Both the position numbers and the translations under genes were made by a program. Shown here in pieces: positions 52,301-64,000 of a DNA stretch of 64,000 bases. The notes under the pieces were generated by a model that was given only the letters and a program-made list of their open reading frames with translations, was not told the DNA's origin and did no database searches. The DNA lies in contig JBHGNT010000021.1 in the NCBI GenBank assembly GCA_043228905.1, positions 4,960,001 through 5,024,000 of the forward strand. The letters run 5' to 3'. The DNA is from Azolla caroliniana (lineage: Eukaryota > Plantae > Polypodiophyta). Each line of letters begins with the position of its first letter. The first letter of the stretch is position 1.

Positions 52301-54730
52301 GACAGTACTCCTCGAACTGCCCCCGGTATTCCCCTCCGTTATCCGCTCGTATCGCTTTCAGCTTCTTGCCGGATTCTCTTTCCACTCTCGCGTGGAGTTC
52401 TTTGAAGACGCACAACACTTGGTCCTTTGTCTTCAACGGTGCCGTCCACAGCTTCCGGCTGTGGTCATCAATGAATGTCACGAAGTACTGGGCTCCGCCA
52501 TGTGACTTCGTTTCTACTTGACACACGTCAGTGTGCACCAACTCCAATGGTGCGCTACGTCTCGTCGGTGGCCTTGAGTGGAAGGAGGTCCGGCTTTGCT
52601 TACGGGCCAGACAGTCGGTACACTTCCCCAAGTGTAAATGCTTTACCGGTATTAGGTTGTCTTCGGCAAGCCTCTTCATCCCCTTCTCGCTCATGTGGCA
52701 CAGTCTCTTGTGCCATAGCTCACCGGCAGTGTCAGCTGCCACGTTCAGCTCCTCAGGACATAGCCGGGAATTCATCAGGTACAGTGTGTTGACCTTCCGG
52801 GCCCGAGCCACTATCAGGCTCCCTTTGCTGAACTTCATGACACCGTTCCGGATGCTACCCGTGTAGCCTTCATCGTCTAGCCTCCCGGCCGAAATCAGGT
52901 TCAATCGAACCTCCGGAACGTGTCGGACGTCCTTCAGCAGCATCTTGCATCCGGTTGATGTCGTCAGCCACACGTCTCCTATGCCGGCAATCCGGCATGT
53001 ACCTTCATTTCCCATCCGGACACAGCCGTGCTCACCGGCTGTGTAGGATGAGAAGTATTTCTTCTCCGGGGTCAGGTGGAACGACGCTCCGGAATCGACC
53101 ACCCAGGTCATCTCTTCACCGGCAAGGTTCACCTCCCTCTCGTCGGTAATGAGCATTATCTCTTCTTCACTTGCCGCGAGTGCCGTCGTTCCTTTCCGGT
53201 CCTGCCCTCGCCGATCCGGGCCTCTCCGGTCCGTGGCTCCCCGGTATGCGCCGTTTCGCTCCGGTGACTTCTTCGAATCGGTGTCGTCGGCTCCGTTGTC
53301 TTTTCGGTAATGCCGACAATTCTTCCGGAAGTGCCCCGGCTTCCCACAGTGGAAGCATGTGGGCCTTCCTCTTGACTGCGACCGGGTCCCCGACTTCTCC
53401 CGTCTTTGCGGACTCCGGTTCCGTTGTCTTCCCCGATCCGATTCGGTAAGCATCATCTTCGGATCGGAGGCCGGTTCTTTATCTCTCCGACGCGCTTCTT
53501 CGTTCAAAATACTTGTCTTTACCGTTTGTAGGGACAAGTTTTCTTCGGTGCAGGAGGTGCTGAGAGTCACCACCAAGTTCTCCCAGCTTTCCGGCAATGT
53601 ACACATCAGGATGATGGCTTGCATTGCATCCTCCAACGGGAACTTGATCGCCGCAAGCTGGTTCACGAATCCCATGAACGTGCTTACGTGTTCCACCATA
53701 CTCTCGCCGTCCCGGTACTTGAGGTTCACTATCTTCCTCATCAGGGAGGTCCGGTTCAATGCATTCTTCCTCTCGTAGAGGCCCGACAGCTTCCGCCACA
53801 TCTCATAGGCATTCGTATCGTTCGCGACATGTTGCAGAACACTTACATCGACATATTGCCGGATCGTCGCTACGGCTTTCCGGTTCAGGAGCTTCCACAC
53901 CGACTCTATTACCCCCTTGGGTATCTCGGCATTGTCGATCGGTTCGTACAGGTCTCGGACGATGAGAAGGTCTTCCATCTTTATCTTCCAGTCGGCGTAG
54001 TTCTGTGAGTTCAACACCATCATGCCCGGAGGCCCACTACCGCCGCCTTCCATTTTCTGTGTTACCGTTGCTCTGATACCACTTTGTTGAAGACAGCGCT
54101 CGGCCACAACCGAGGAATAGGATCTACTCACAGAAAACGGGAAATACAAGAATGCACGAAAACAATAAAGAGAAGGGTACACTGGATGTTTTACGTGGAA
54201 AACCCTAAATGGGAAAAACCACGGGAGTGCAAGACTCCAACTATCACTATACGCGGGGAATGTACAATGGCGAGCTGCAAGGCGACGACCTTGAGCTCGC
54301 TGTCCTCGCCACAGGCGGCGGTATTACACAGAGGCGTCGACCTCTTCCTTCCTCTTTCTCTCTCACTCTCTCTCGGCTGCTCTCACTTCGCTTCCTCTCA
54401 GTGGAAAACAGAAAAAAATGAGCAACAACAACATAAAACTGTTTGCCCTAAGTCATACTTATACACATATGACTTTCGGGCTATTTACAAATATAGCCTC
54501 AAGGGTCCTTGGCAAACATATTCACAAATATGTCCCCGCATCCGGATCTCTCTCCGGGTACATTCGTCATCCGGCTCCGTAACCGGGGTCTTCATCATCC
54601 GGATCCGTATCCGGGTACTCTTCATCCGGCTTCATGCCGGGTACTCTTCATCATCCGGTTCCGTAACCGCAACCGGGCTTGCCGTCATTCATCTCCGGAC
54701 ATCCCATCCGGAGGGACCGAAATCCCAACA
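49324..54730 (-). mobile_element. Intact, very young Ty1/Copia retrotransposon (Tnt1/Tto1, Tork-like)
   Basis: 646-bp LTRs 49324-49969 and 54085-54730 (one C/T difference seen, 49745 vs 54506). Perfect TSD ATAAC. PBS TGGTATCAGAGC 54081-54070. PPT ~49985-49970. Confidence 0.98.
49980..54053 (-). CDS. Copia gag-pol polyprotein (~1357 aa from the ATG at 54053)
   Basis: Uninterrupted ORF: gag, CFHCGKPGHFRKNC knuckle, protease 'WVVDSGAS', 'WHKRLCH...CTDC', IN 'VHTDV..IDDHSR..DNGGEY..NGLAER', RT 'KARIV..MDVKTAFLHG..YVDD', RNase H 'TDSD..EAEY..CDSQSA'. Confidence 0.97.
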   Translation of the reverse strand: MEGGGSGPPGMMVLNSQNYADWKIKMEDLLIVRDLYEPIDNAEIPKGVIESVWKLLNRKAVATIRQYVDVSVLQHVANDTNAYEMWRKLSGLYERKNALNRTSLMRKIVNLKYRDGESMVEHVSTFMGFVNQLAAIKFPLEDAMQAIILMCTLPESWENLVVTLSTSCTEENLSLQTVKTSILNEEARRRDKEPASDPKMMLTESDRGRQRNRSPQRREKSGTRSQSRGRPTCFHCGKPGHFRKNCRHYRKDNGADDTDSKKSPERNGAYRGATDRRGPDRRGQDRKGTTALAASEEEIMLITDEREVNLAGEEMTWVVDSGASFHLTPEKKYFSSYTAGEHGCVRMGNEGTCRIAGIGDVWLTTSTGCKMLLKDVRHVPEVRLNLISAGRLDDEGYTGSIRNGVMKFSKGSLIVARARKVNTLYLMNSRLCPEELNVAADTAGELWHKRLCHMSEKGMKRLAEDNLIPVKHLHLGKCTDCLARKQSRTSFHSRPPTRRSAPLELVHTDVCQVETKSHGGAQYFVTFIDDHSRKLWTAPLKTKDQVLCVFKELHARVERESGKKLKAIRADNGGEYRGQFEEYCRSKGIRLEFTVPKTPELNGLAERMNRTIMERVRSMLAHAKLPKGFWAEAMSTATYVINRSPSVPLDGDTPQKVWTGKEVSYRHLKVFGCLAYVHVAKDRRGKLDPKTRPCIFLGYGDDEFGYRVWDPVDKKMFRSRDIIFMEDKTLADWESEKKMKSSKSTGENQLYEEQSRPARDRLALEDPAEDGEETEPAEEDETDTGTGPDPEMDSDEEETEEPVTEAPERRYPLRERRAPRRFPEPEHVLLTDEGEPESFEEAKLDTHSRRWLSAMQEEMDSLHENHTYELVELPKGKRALRNKWVFKLKPGDAENPPRYKARIVVKGFQQKKGVDFDEIFAPVVKMTSIRTVLSIAASMDLEVEQMDVKTAFLHGDLEEEIYMQQPEGFEKKRKEHLVCRLKKSLYGLKQAPRQWYRKFDSFMTDEGYHKTQSDHCVFVKKFEGGDSLILLLYVDDMLIVGRDQVKIRMLKKALHRTFSMKDLGPARQILGMHIIRDRKKKQLWLSQEKYVTKVLHRFNMSEARPVGSTLPANCKLSSKQSPKTKAEKEDMMKVPYASAVGSLMYAMVCTRPDIGYAVGVVSRYMSNPGKEHWNAVKWILRYLKGTANVCLRFGSGKPELDGFTDSDMSADADTSQSTSGYVMTYAGGAVSWQSRLQKTVALSTTEAEYMAAVEAGKEIIWMKDFIRELGIRQEEYRLYCDSQSAIHLAKNAAYHSRTKHIQRRYHWIRERIEDQEFVLTKIHTEENGSDMLTKVLTPDKLGACRKRVGLERHPMPK

Positions 54731-55789
54731 ATAACCTACCCCCCCTTAAGTACAACCATGGGACTGACCAAACCCTAATATCTCATGAAGACCATAATAA
54801 AGTGATACGCCAAGAAATATGGCAAATTTACACTCGATATAAATGGATCACCCCACAAGAGCCACTCCCATCTAAAATGTTGTACTATAAGGAACACTTC
54901 TTGCACTTCTCTTAGTTAGGTTTTACTACACAACCAAGATATCTAGATACATTCTTATCAAATGCACTAAGGGTTGCCATTGGACAACTTAGGATATCAT
55001 CTCACCAACTTGAGATTGAGAATGGTCGGGCTAATCGAGTCCCTAGGGAGGAAAGGTTGTGTAGGTTGTGCCACATAGAGATAGAGGATGAGTATCACTT
55101 CACATGCAAGTGCCCAACATATGCCGAGATACGAGTGGAATACCAAGAGATATTCGGACCCTCTCCCACCCTCTCCAAACTATTAGATACCTCGGATGTA
55201 AACAGACTAGGTAGGTATACCTTAGAGCTAAAACATCATAGGGAGAACAAATTACAAAGTGTTAACCATAACCCTTTTACTATTTATCAACTGTAACTAG
55301 TGCAATTTTTCAGGAACAAGGGGAGACGATGAATATGGATACACTCACGCTGCTCGGCCTCTCTCTTGAGGAAGCCGAAACGCAAAGAACAACCAAATGC
55401 CCTCGGATGTTGGGCTTCAAAACAAGTCAACACGGAGTAGAAATGATTAAGAAGATAAGGGAACATGAGCTACGTCGACTAGAAGCTATGGTTGGGGTAC
55501 CTTTTACATTGGGGCCATGGGCCACATCCACATCGAAACCCTTTGACCTCTCGCTTTCTTCGAGAAACTTGGATAGAAATGAAATTAGGCCTAGTATAAC
55601 ATCATTTTCATTGTAGAACATGTTTGTTATTTTATTTTACTAGAACTATTTAGCTTAAAACTCTATTTTTTTATTTTTTATTTACTTTCAATGAATGGGT
55701 AAATATCCCATTTTTTGTTGTAAACCATTTGTCTCATGGGCCAATTTTGACCTTAGAAGACGTTACTATATCTTTCTTTCTTTCTTTCT

Positions 55790-56300
55790 ATATTCTAATG
55801 GTGTTTCAATCTCTACCTTTCCTTTCCAAAGCTCGCTTCTTGGTACAATATCAAAGGCCCTCTTGAAATCCACAAAACAATAATATGTCATTTTCCATTG
55901 AAGTCAACTTTCTTCCATAATTACTCTTAACAACCCAATGGTTAATAGTGGTATGTTTTGGACTAAAGAATACTTGATGAAGTGCTTGTTCATGATGATC
56001 TTAATCTTGTAAGCTAGTCTTTTGTTCCATGATAGTACCAAGAAACTTGGCCATAATTGAGTTGTTCATGATAGTTTGATACTTGATCCAAAATTTTATT
56101 TCTTCATTTATGGATTACTTTAATCTAGTTCATAAGGTAAACTTCTTAAAAACCTTGCTTGATGGCTTGACCCACGATAATTGTTACGTATCGGTGAGTT
56201 TGTGGTCTTGTCCATTTCAAACACTCACGTGTTATTAAAGTTGTATCCATTATTTTGCCATGAGACATTTTTTTGTCCATCTATTAATATCTTCTATAAA
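55790..56300 (-). mobile_element. Degenerate LINE RT fragment (related to the 46.5-kb LINE type)
   Basis: Minus strand 'CFVDFKRAFDIVPRSELW', 'HTTINHWVLRVIMEE', 'IMAKFLGTIME'. Confidence 0.7.
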
Positions 56301-57146
56301 CATATATGCATTATATAGTGTTAATACTCCATTTCATAGGCATTATCTCATCATGCATATAAATCATTATGCAATGGTAAACCTGAAATACGACAATTGG
56401 TAAGTAGTATCATTATTTGGAATATTTGGAAGTCTAGAGGTTTAAAGGTATTCCAAAATATGACCAAAAGACCTACCAGATAATTACTGGGATTTCGATA
56501 GAGATTGTTAATAATCTCATAGGTTTTTTGGATGGCAGAAAAGGTAATATGCAATGGGCAAAGTTACAAATATTGGAGTTCCATGCCATATGGAACAAAG
56601 AAATATTTTATAGGCAGGGTTCTGACAAGGTGGAATGGTTTCACTCATGCTAAAGTATTTATTTAAACCTAGAATGGGAATTTCACATAGGGGTAATTAC
56701 CTATATGTACATATTTCATGTAGATCCTTAGGGTGCTTCTTAATACTAATGTAGTATCTTTCTTTGTAAAAAAACACAAAGTCTGTCATCACACACATCG
56801 GAAAAAGGATCATCAAAATCAGCTTATCAAAATTATAGTAGTGGGATTGTCTATGAGGAACTTAACAATTTACCAAATAATGCTTATTTTTGCAGAGTGT
56901 TACTTCAACGCACATATATATTGAAGTTTATATTCATCATACTTACATAGTGTTTGTAGTTTTTTGAGCCCACATGAGAAATATGTGTTGCTCCTAGTCA
57001 CCCAATTCTTCTAATGTGAGGCTATGTAGATTTTATGATATAACAATCAATATTAGCACACACTTAAGTTCATGTTCCTAAGTTTCAACCAAAAATGTAA
57101 TATTTATACCTTGACCTAGATCACTTAATCCTAAGCCTTTATTCCA

Positions 57147-57506
57147 GCTCATTTCCTTCTGAAATGGAGCGGTTCGTCGATGCTGCAGATGGTGGATGGT
57201 AAAGCGAAGTGGAATTATCAACCACCACGGTGGCTATTCCCCCCGAGTGTACCTAACATCTAGATGGATGTTGCCATGAGAAGTGAATGGAGGACATCTA
57301 TGCCGAATTCTGTTTGTAGAGTATGCGTTCGGGTAATGCTATGCGCATTGAATGATGTGGTGTTTTGGAGTTGTTCTTTTGTTGTTTCATCTACACATAT
57401 TATTTTCTTTTGACATGCAAGATGGCTTGTAAGATATGAGTTGTAAATTATCCCTTGTATGTTGTCTTAACTAATGGAAGTAGTTTTTTTTTGGAAAAAA
57501 AAAAAA
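57147..57506 (+). mobile_element. Short L1 3' fragment
   Basis: 'HFLLKWSGSSMLQMVDGKAKWNYQPPRWLFPP' (57147-57263) and a poly(A) at 57495-57506. Confidence 0.75.
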
Positions 57507-60095
57507 CATGAGTTTTCAAACTTGAGGCAATCCCATAGTTCATCACTTGCTATGCATTTTTGCTTCCTTTTTTTTACTTCATTGCCTTCTTCATTTTTGT
57601 TGCTTTGGGGTCCAAATGAAATTCAATCTTTTTTGGTACAACTTGCTTCTATCGAAGATGATTACTCTTTTCCTATCTTCTAAGATTGTGCAAACAATGG
57701 TTGGACATAATTCTCCGTTTCACTTCTTTTGACAAACTCTATATGATCCCTCTAGGCACAAGATGTTGCTTTCTTTCTTTCTTTTACCTCTTTAGCATCT
57801 ATTGCATCCTTTGAAGTGGATTCATATTCAATAACTTACTTGAAATCTTCTTTTGTTGTCTCCATGACGAGAGCATCTCTACATTTTTTTTTTTCCCAAA
57901 ATGAAGCTACTTTCCCATTAGTTAGGAAGGATTATTACATAGAGAGTCTACAAGGAGACTTATACACACATCGGGGAGTCTTCCTCCGATCAAGTAAAAG
58001 AAGATGAACCTACTTACAATGCCTTGCAGCCTAACTTAATGTAAGAAGCTACCTATATCTAAGGCGATGCCCTTCAATGTTGCCTAATACGAGTCGGCTC
58101 TTGGGGCCTACAACGAAGAGAGGGTGGCAGGTGAGTAGGAAACAACCAACGTGGGGGCTGGTAGTTCCACCTCAGGCCATTTTATTGTGATTACATCTTC
58201 TTTTGCATGAAGGCTAGATTTCATTTCAACATTTGCTTTGATTAGTTTTTCATTCTCGACAGTTAAGATTTTTGTTTTGGTCTATAGTTCAAGCATCCAA
58301 GAATTTTGGATTCACGGTGTTATTTTCTTCATAGCAAGTAACTCCTCTTTAAATATTAAAATCGTTATTGCTTGCGAACACATTGTATATTGAAGCGTCA
58401 TTTCCCATCATTGCAAGCCATGCAGTTGGACCATGGCTCTAATTATTCTCAATGGACAAGGAATTGTGAGTTTCCACCAAAATTCTCTAACATGTCATTA
58501 ACCACCTTTGATGCCCTTGGACCTATGTTTAACACCATCTCAAATCTCTATGAACAACATTTAATGTATATATGATCCAATGGTATCTCGGTTCTACTTT
58601 AGCCTATTTACTCATATATCTTATCTTATATGTTTGATCAAAGCATGCAAGCACTCAAAAAGACTTGAAATATGGCAAATTTTGGTGTGCTCTATGATCT
58701 ATCACAACTGTTATTCGAGAATTAATGTTAAGGATTTGGGAAATAGTTATTGGAGACATATAGGCATCCCATAAATGGCCATTTAATCGGGGTTTGTTCA
58801 ATCACGTGCATGCTATCTTAATGATTTTATTTATTTATCTTTATTATTGGGGTCTCATGGTAGAGTTGTAGGTATAAATAACTACATATGATAACTCCAA
58901 GGTTTTCTCCTCTAGATATTTTTTATATCCAGACAAACATATGTTTTCTCATCCAACAACTTTCTTACAAGGCATCAATTACTTTATGATGTTAGTGTTC
59001 TTTCACATGTATGTAGTATAACGGAGTATGTTTCACAATAGTTTATACCTCACACTTCAATGTTTTCTATGTTTCTATCTTTACATATATATATTATGTA
59101 TACATGCACGCGAAAACATAGGTCACCATGCAACCCTTTGAAATTTAGTTATTAAGGCATCCAAAAATAATGCTATCTAAAAGTGGCCATAGAGAAGTTA
59201 AAATGTATTTTTGATAGTTAGTCATGTGTGTAATTTAGTAGTCTTAACAATTGGAGCAATTTAACCTTGAGAAGAACTCTAGATTGACAAGGGTATTAGT
59301 ATACATGACAAAATCATTATTCTTGTAAGTCATAATCTTTGTCACAAGTAAGGGCATTAAAATTTAAAACCGTCTATTTCATGTGTACATTGTATTTTTG
59401 GAGAGGTATATTTATTATCAAAGACCTACAAAACGTTATCACGATTCACAATCATAAACCATATGTCTAAGTTTCATGAGTCATGATGAGTGTCAATAGT
59501 AATCGCGATGATATTTAAAAATGTACACTATGACCTTGATGCAAACTTAGTGACATTGTCTCTTCAATAACCTACACTAGAATGGTTTTGACTTGACCTT
59601 GTCCTATTTTCATTGATGCGTACCGGCAAAATGTAATTCATGTAGGGTAAAAGTTGACATTGTGAAGTTTGATGTATGTTTATAACTCCAAGTTTAAATA
59701 ACATAGCCTTTACGATGAGGTTGTCACTTTGGCATTGGAAATTCCCAATCAGCATTTTGTCTACTACTGCTGCCCCTTCTGTAAAGAAGTCAATAAAAAA
59801 TATACGGTCATTGCACTACTTTTTTAGCTGTGCCTTATCATCAAAGCTACATTGTGATGTGTTAGCTTGAACACAAAGCCAATTCAAACGCCACATACAT
59901 CAATTCACAACTTTCATTAGAAAATTGGTGTTCAAATAATGGAAAATGTTAATGAATAAGCAAACTATTGTTTCATGTAATTTGAAAGCAAATGAGCTAC
60001 ATTATGCATAATGATGGAAGGTATATGAATCACATGGAGAAAAACCCCATCATAGAAAAGAAATCATTCTAAAACATTTTGGCTGCCTTGCTAAG

Positions 60096-60666
60096 GAGTT
60101 GTAATGGCCAACATATGTTCAACGTTTCAAAAGAATAGTGTGAGCATTTCTATCAAGAAAGAATCAAGTACACATTTTTCTAGCACTTCAAAGACAGTAT
60201 TTTATTAAGCGTATTATTCATATTTCGCAAACCTTGAGCTTGCACATATGTAGAAATTGGTAGCTCAAACAAAATTTGACCACATTGTACATGCCATGGG
60301 CTAGTTATCAAAATGCATTCGATATATTTTTACGTACAGGAATGCAACTCATGTGATGATCAAAATTATCTTTATTAAGAGTTGTAATGGCCAACATATG
60401 TTCAACGTTTCAAAAGAATAGTGTGAGCATTTCTATCAAGAAAGAATCAAGTACACATTTTTCTAGCACTTAAACTCTTCAAAGACAGTATTTTATTAAG
60501 CGTATTATTCATATTTCGCAAACCTTGAGCTTGCACATATGTAGAAATTGGTAGCTCAAACAAAATTTGACCACATTGTACATGCCATGGGCTAGTTATC
60601 AAAATGCATTCGATATATTTTTACGTACAGGAATGCAACTCATGTGATGATCAAAATTATCTTTAT
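60096..60666. repeat. Near-perfect ~283-bp tandem duplication
   Basis: 'gagttgtaatggccaacatatg' at 60096 and 60379; the second copy has a small insertion. Confidence 0.95.
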
Positions 60667-61349
60667 AGCTCTAACCAATATATTCTCAACTTTTTGAATG
60701 CATGATTCATTTAAAAAACGAGATCCCCCTACAGAGACCACTTATTCAATGCACTTTTCTAGACAACTTCGTTAGTTACGCAACCTTATTACATGGTACA
60801 TAGCTCAAAACAATGCACTTGTTTTTTAGATATGAGGGAAGTGGCAAACTTTTGTAAAATCATAACTATGAATTTATATCAATTTATACATGTAAAAAAT
60901 TTGAATCAAATCAATATACAAACAAATTTCATTCTATTTAGCACTTCTTATATTGCAAACTTCACTCATAAGAACCTTATAAATAAATGCTTTTACTTAT
61001 ATTGGCAATAATCGACTCGACTTAGTCATTCTATTTGCAAAGGGTTGTGCATACCCTAGGTTTAATTTGATTAAAGCATGGTGGTTTGAATTGGATGTGT
61101 TGAACTTGACGAAAGAAAAAGTGTTTGTGAAACATCATCTAGATTTCAAAGGCTAAACTTAAGAGCAATTATATGAGATTTTTCTTATAAATGTTAATCC
61201 GCCTAATATTTGCACAATAGTAGGATTACCCAATATTGTGTGTGTGTGTGTGTGTGCGCGCACACGCATGCACATGTGTTTAACACACCAACTAACTTAA
61301 TGATTGAATGAAATATCAACTTACATCATCCCAAAGAACATTCAAACGC

Positions 61350-64000
61350 CCCCTTTCAACAGCAGAAGCAGAAGCCGAAGCCGAAGCAAAAGCATCATCA
61401 TCAAAGGAAACTCTGTCCTTCTCCCCTCGGTTTATTTCTCCTTAGGTTTTCAAGGTGAGAGAGCGATGGCGGGAGCGCGAACAGCAGAGAGTGGAGTGGG
61501 AGCAACAGAACAGGGTGCGCAGACATGGTGAGCAGGAGCAGGCATAGGTGCACGATGAAGAACGTGCGCGCTGTCCAACAGAGCAGGAGCAGGAGCACAA
61601 CGCCAGCTGCTATCCAGGTACTCCCACACCCACAATCCTCCCTCCCTCCCCCAACCAGAAAACGCACAATAATTAATTAATTAAAAAAACACACAAAACA
61701 AAGGGGGAAGGGAAGACCAACACAGACAGCCTCGCAAGACACATAGCTCGCTATGGAGGGAGGAATCGAGCTTCCACCAACGCCCATTTTGCTCGATGAA
61801 GAAGGTGGCTCAGATCTCGACATTACCTTGTCCCCTGAGGCCAACCGTTTCTTATCGGAGGAAATCGAACGTCTACGGTGTACCTCCTTCGTATGTAGGT
61901 TTCTGGCAAGTAGACCAAGTCGGGGCATGGTTCGGGACATGTTCCAGGTGGCTGTGATGGAGAACATGCATGTGATCAAGAGTGTCAGGGGTTTAGGGAA
62001 AAACTTCTTCCACATTGAATTAGGTAATGGCTCGCTGGCGCAACCATTGGTCGAGCTCAAGGTACTCGAACTGAAGTATGACAAGGTGTTGCTCCAGCCA
62101 TGGTCACTAGGGTTCAATCCGATTGAAGAGTTACCGAAACTCAATAACCCTAGGGTGATCATCGTAACATTTCCCGGCCTCCCTCCCCATTTGTGCCATC
62201 TGCTCCCTCTATTTGGCGAACAAATAGGGATGATATGTCCTCAAAAAGTGTCAATGGCAGACACAGTTCCGGAGGTGCCCAAGTTGCACATCTTGGTGCC
62301 TTCCCTCCATGGACTTCCATCAAGGATTAGACTCTAGTCTGAGGAGCTAGGTCTCACAGTGGTGCAAGTGGTTTATGAGGAACTCCCGGGGCAGTGTTTC
62401 AATTGCAAACAGATAGGACACCTAGCTAAGGCGTGTCCTCGCAAGACTGGAAAGGGAAGCTTGGGACCTCGACCCTCGGGCAAAATCGGGACAACCAAGT
62501 GTGACGAGGCTCCTTGGATACCCATTAAGAAGAAGGGGAAACTTGGAGGCCTAGGTGCATCCTCTTCCGCCCTTTTTCATGACCACGCCTTTGAAAGAAG
62601 TCTCACTACCTTGTCACCAGCAAGCGCGGACGAGCAACCCTTGAAACGGGTAAAGATCCTCTCCGGGAGTGCCGATGCACCCGACCTACAGGTGAGAGCT
62701 ACCAACAGATTTACACTTCTTCAAGGGTTAGGGGATGGCGACCCAGAAGCGTTGGTAGCAATGTTGTCCCCATGTGACTCCTCATGCCTTCCCCCACGAG
62801 AGCCTGAACTCCTATTCTCTACCCCGATGGAGATGCAACCCCAACTTGTACTGTCCACCCCGGAAGAGAAGTTGGCAAAGCCCCCCTCCCGCTGGAACGT
62901 GAATGTGGTAGTGGCCTCATATTAGTGAAATCGTGGATCCGGACAGGCAAGCTCAAGGACAAAGGAAAGGGTAAGATAGGCCGACCAACACTTGGTTTGG
63001 CGACGACTCTCTTAGATAGAGGGACGCAAGATGTGCCACCGCTTCGGAGCACAAATGTATCGCGGGATCTATTTGAAGTGGGTCGGGAACGACTGGCTGA
63101 GAATCCCATAGGGGATTTGCAACCTGTTGTGGAGACCATACCCCCCGAAATAGGTGTTAGTTTGCCCCATAACATGGGGATCGGCCCGAACATAGCGTCA
63201 ACGTCACCGCTTTCGGATGAGGATCCTAACGTGGAATGTACAGGGCCTTGGTGGAGGCCGACAACACAAAGAGTGCAGAAGACTTCAAGAGGAGCTGAAT
63301 CCCCTTAATATAGGGGGCCATATTGACATATTGCTTCTGCAGGAACGCCACCTCTCGCAAGAGCGAACTCAGAGCTTAGTAAACCCCTTGTCGGGTTTGT
63401 GGACCACATGGTGGTCGGCTACGCAGGGTGACCTCCACCAAAGAGGAGTCTGCATCTTGATCAGCGATAAGGCCCGATACGAAGTAACATCATCTGGCAC
63501 GTTGGTGGAGGGTCGGGCCTTATACGTGCTTCTGAAATGGAATTGCCTACAGATTAGGGTGCTAAACATTTATGCCCCTAACTCAGCCCCTGAGAGAGCA
63601 ATCTTTTGGAGGATGTTAGTGACAACATTACCTGATGCCGAGGCTTGGGTAATGACAGGTGATTTCAACATGACTGAACACCTGGGAGATAGGAAAGGAG
63701 GGACCCAAAGGCCTATTTATGGTGCAGAGCTAGATTCATGGGCTTTCCGAATTGGCAAAATCGGGGTGAAGGATACATGGGGCTCTTCCCTTAGGAGAAG
63801 CTCACATTCGCTGCAATTTTCCAGAGCCGCCGGGAATGCTAGGGGCGGTAGTCTTGCACGACTAGATCATATATACATCAACTCATCCCTCGAAGAGCTT
63901 GGGGGCTCCTTTGCTATCTTGGCAAGTCTTACCTTTTCAGATCATCAGCCGATGAGACTAGACCTTAACCCACCCAACGATAGCAAGGGCAGTCTCAATG
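61350..64000 (+). mobile_element. L1 LINE 5' portion: 5' UTR, ORF1 (DUF4283-like plus zinc knuckle, 61753-~63300, with stops) and ORF2 endonuclease; continues off the window
   Basis: ORF1 'VRGLGKNFFHIEL...LLQPWSLGF...FPGLP...YEELPGQCFNCKQIGHLAKAC'. APE motifs 'DILLLQE', 'LNIYAPN', 'MTGDFN', 'ARLDHIYI', 'SDHQPM'. Confidence 0.9.

Larger units (their letters stand above)
46520..55600 (+). mobile_element. Non-L1 LINE (RTEX/L2-like ORF2: APE, RT, C-terminal CCHC), decayed and interrupted by Copia
   Basis: 'DILFLVETHQ...GSGGVAIL...CYFPP', 'GDFNART', 'STVDYLI', 'WYDEDC', 'GVKQGCPLS', 'YADD' (~48604), 'YVYLGV'. After the Copia: 'SHQLEIENGR...ERLCRLC..EIEDEYHFTCKC'. Ends are approximate. Confidence 0.85.

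Overview
Plant nuclear DNA, most likely a fern or other non-seed plant (inference from the chromovirus type, the LINE types and the microsatellite content). It holds two intact host genes: a 7-exon CKI1-like hybrid histidine kinase (+, 23734-29375) and a 3-exon BOI/SBP-type RING-HC E3 ligase (-, 41250-39311). The first 15 kb is a nested transposon stack. An L1 LINE is interrupted by a Copia deletion derivative, by a solo-LTR-like unit that contains a non-autonomous chromovirus derivative, and by a decayed chromovirus whose two LTRs carry a small LTR element and a hAT. A very young intact Copia (49324-54730) sits in an RTEX/L2-like LINE, and another L1 begins near 61.35 kb. Two observations stand out. 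(1) Both chromovirus-type elements lack a tRNA PBS; instead, each post-LTR sequence is complementary to the predicted 5' end of its own transcript, with different sequences in the two elements (Tf1-style self-priming with covariation). (2) The same collinear array of hairpin-forming ~46-54 bp repeats is carried inside two unrelated LTR shells, one self-primed and one with a tRNA-Ala-like PBS. All coordinates and counts were read by eye.
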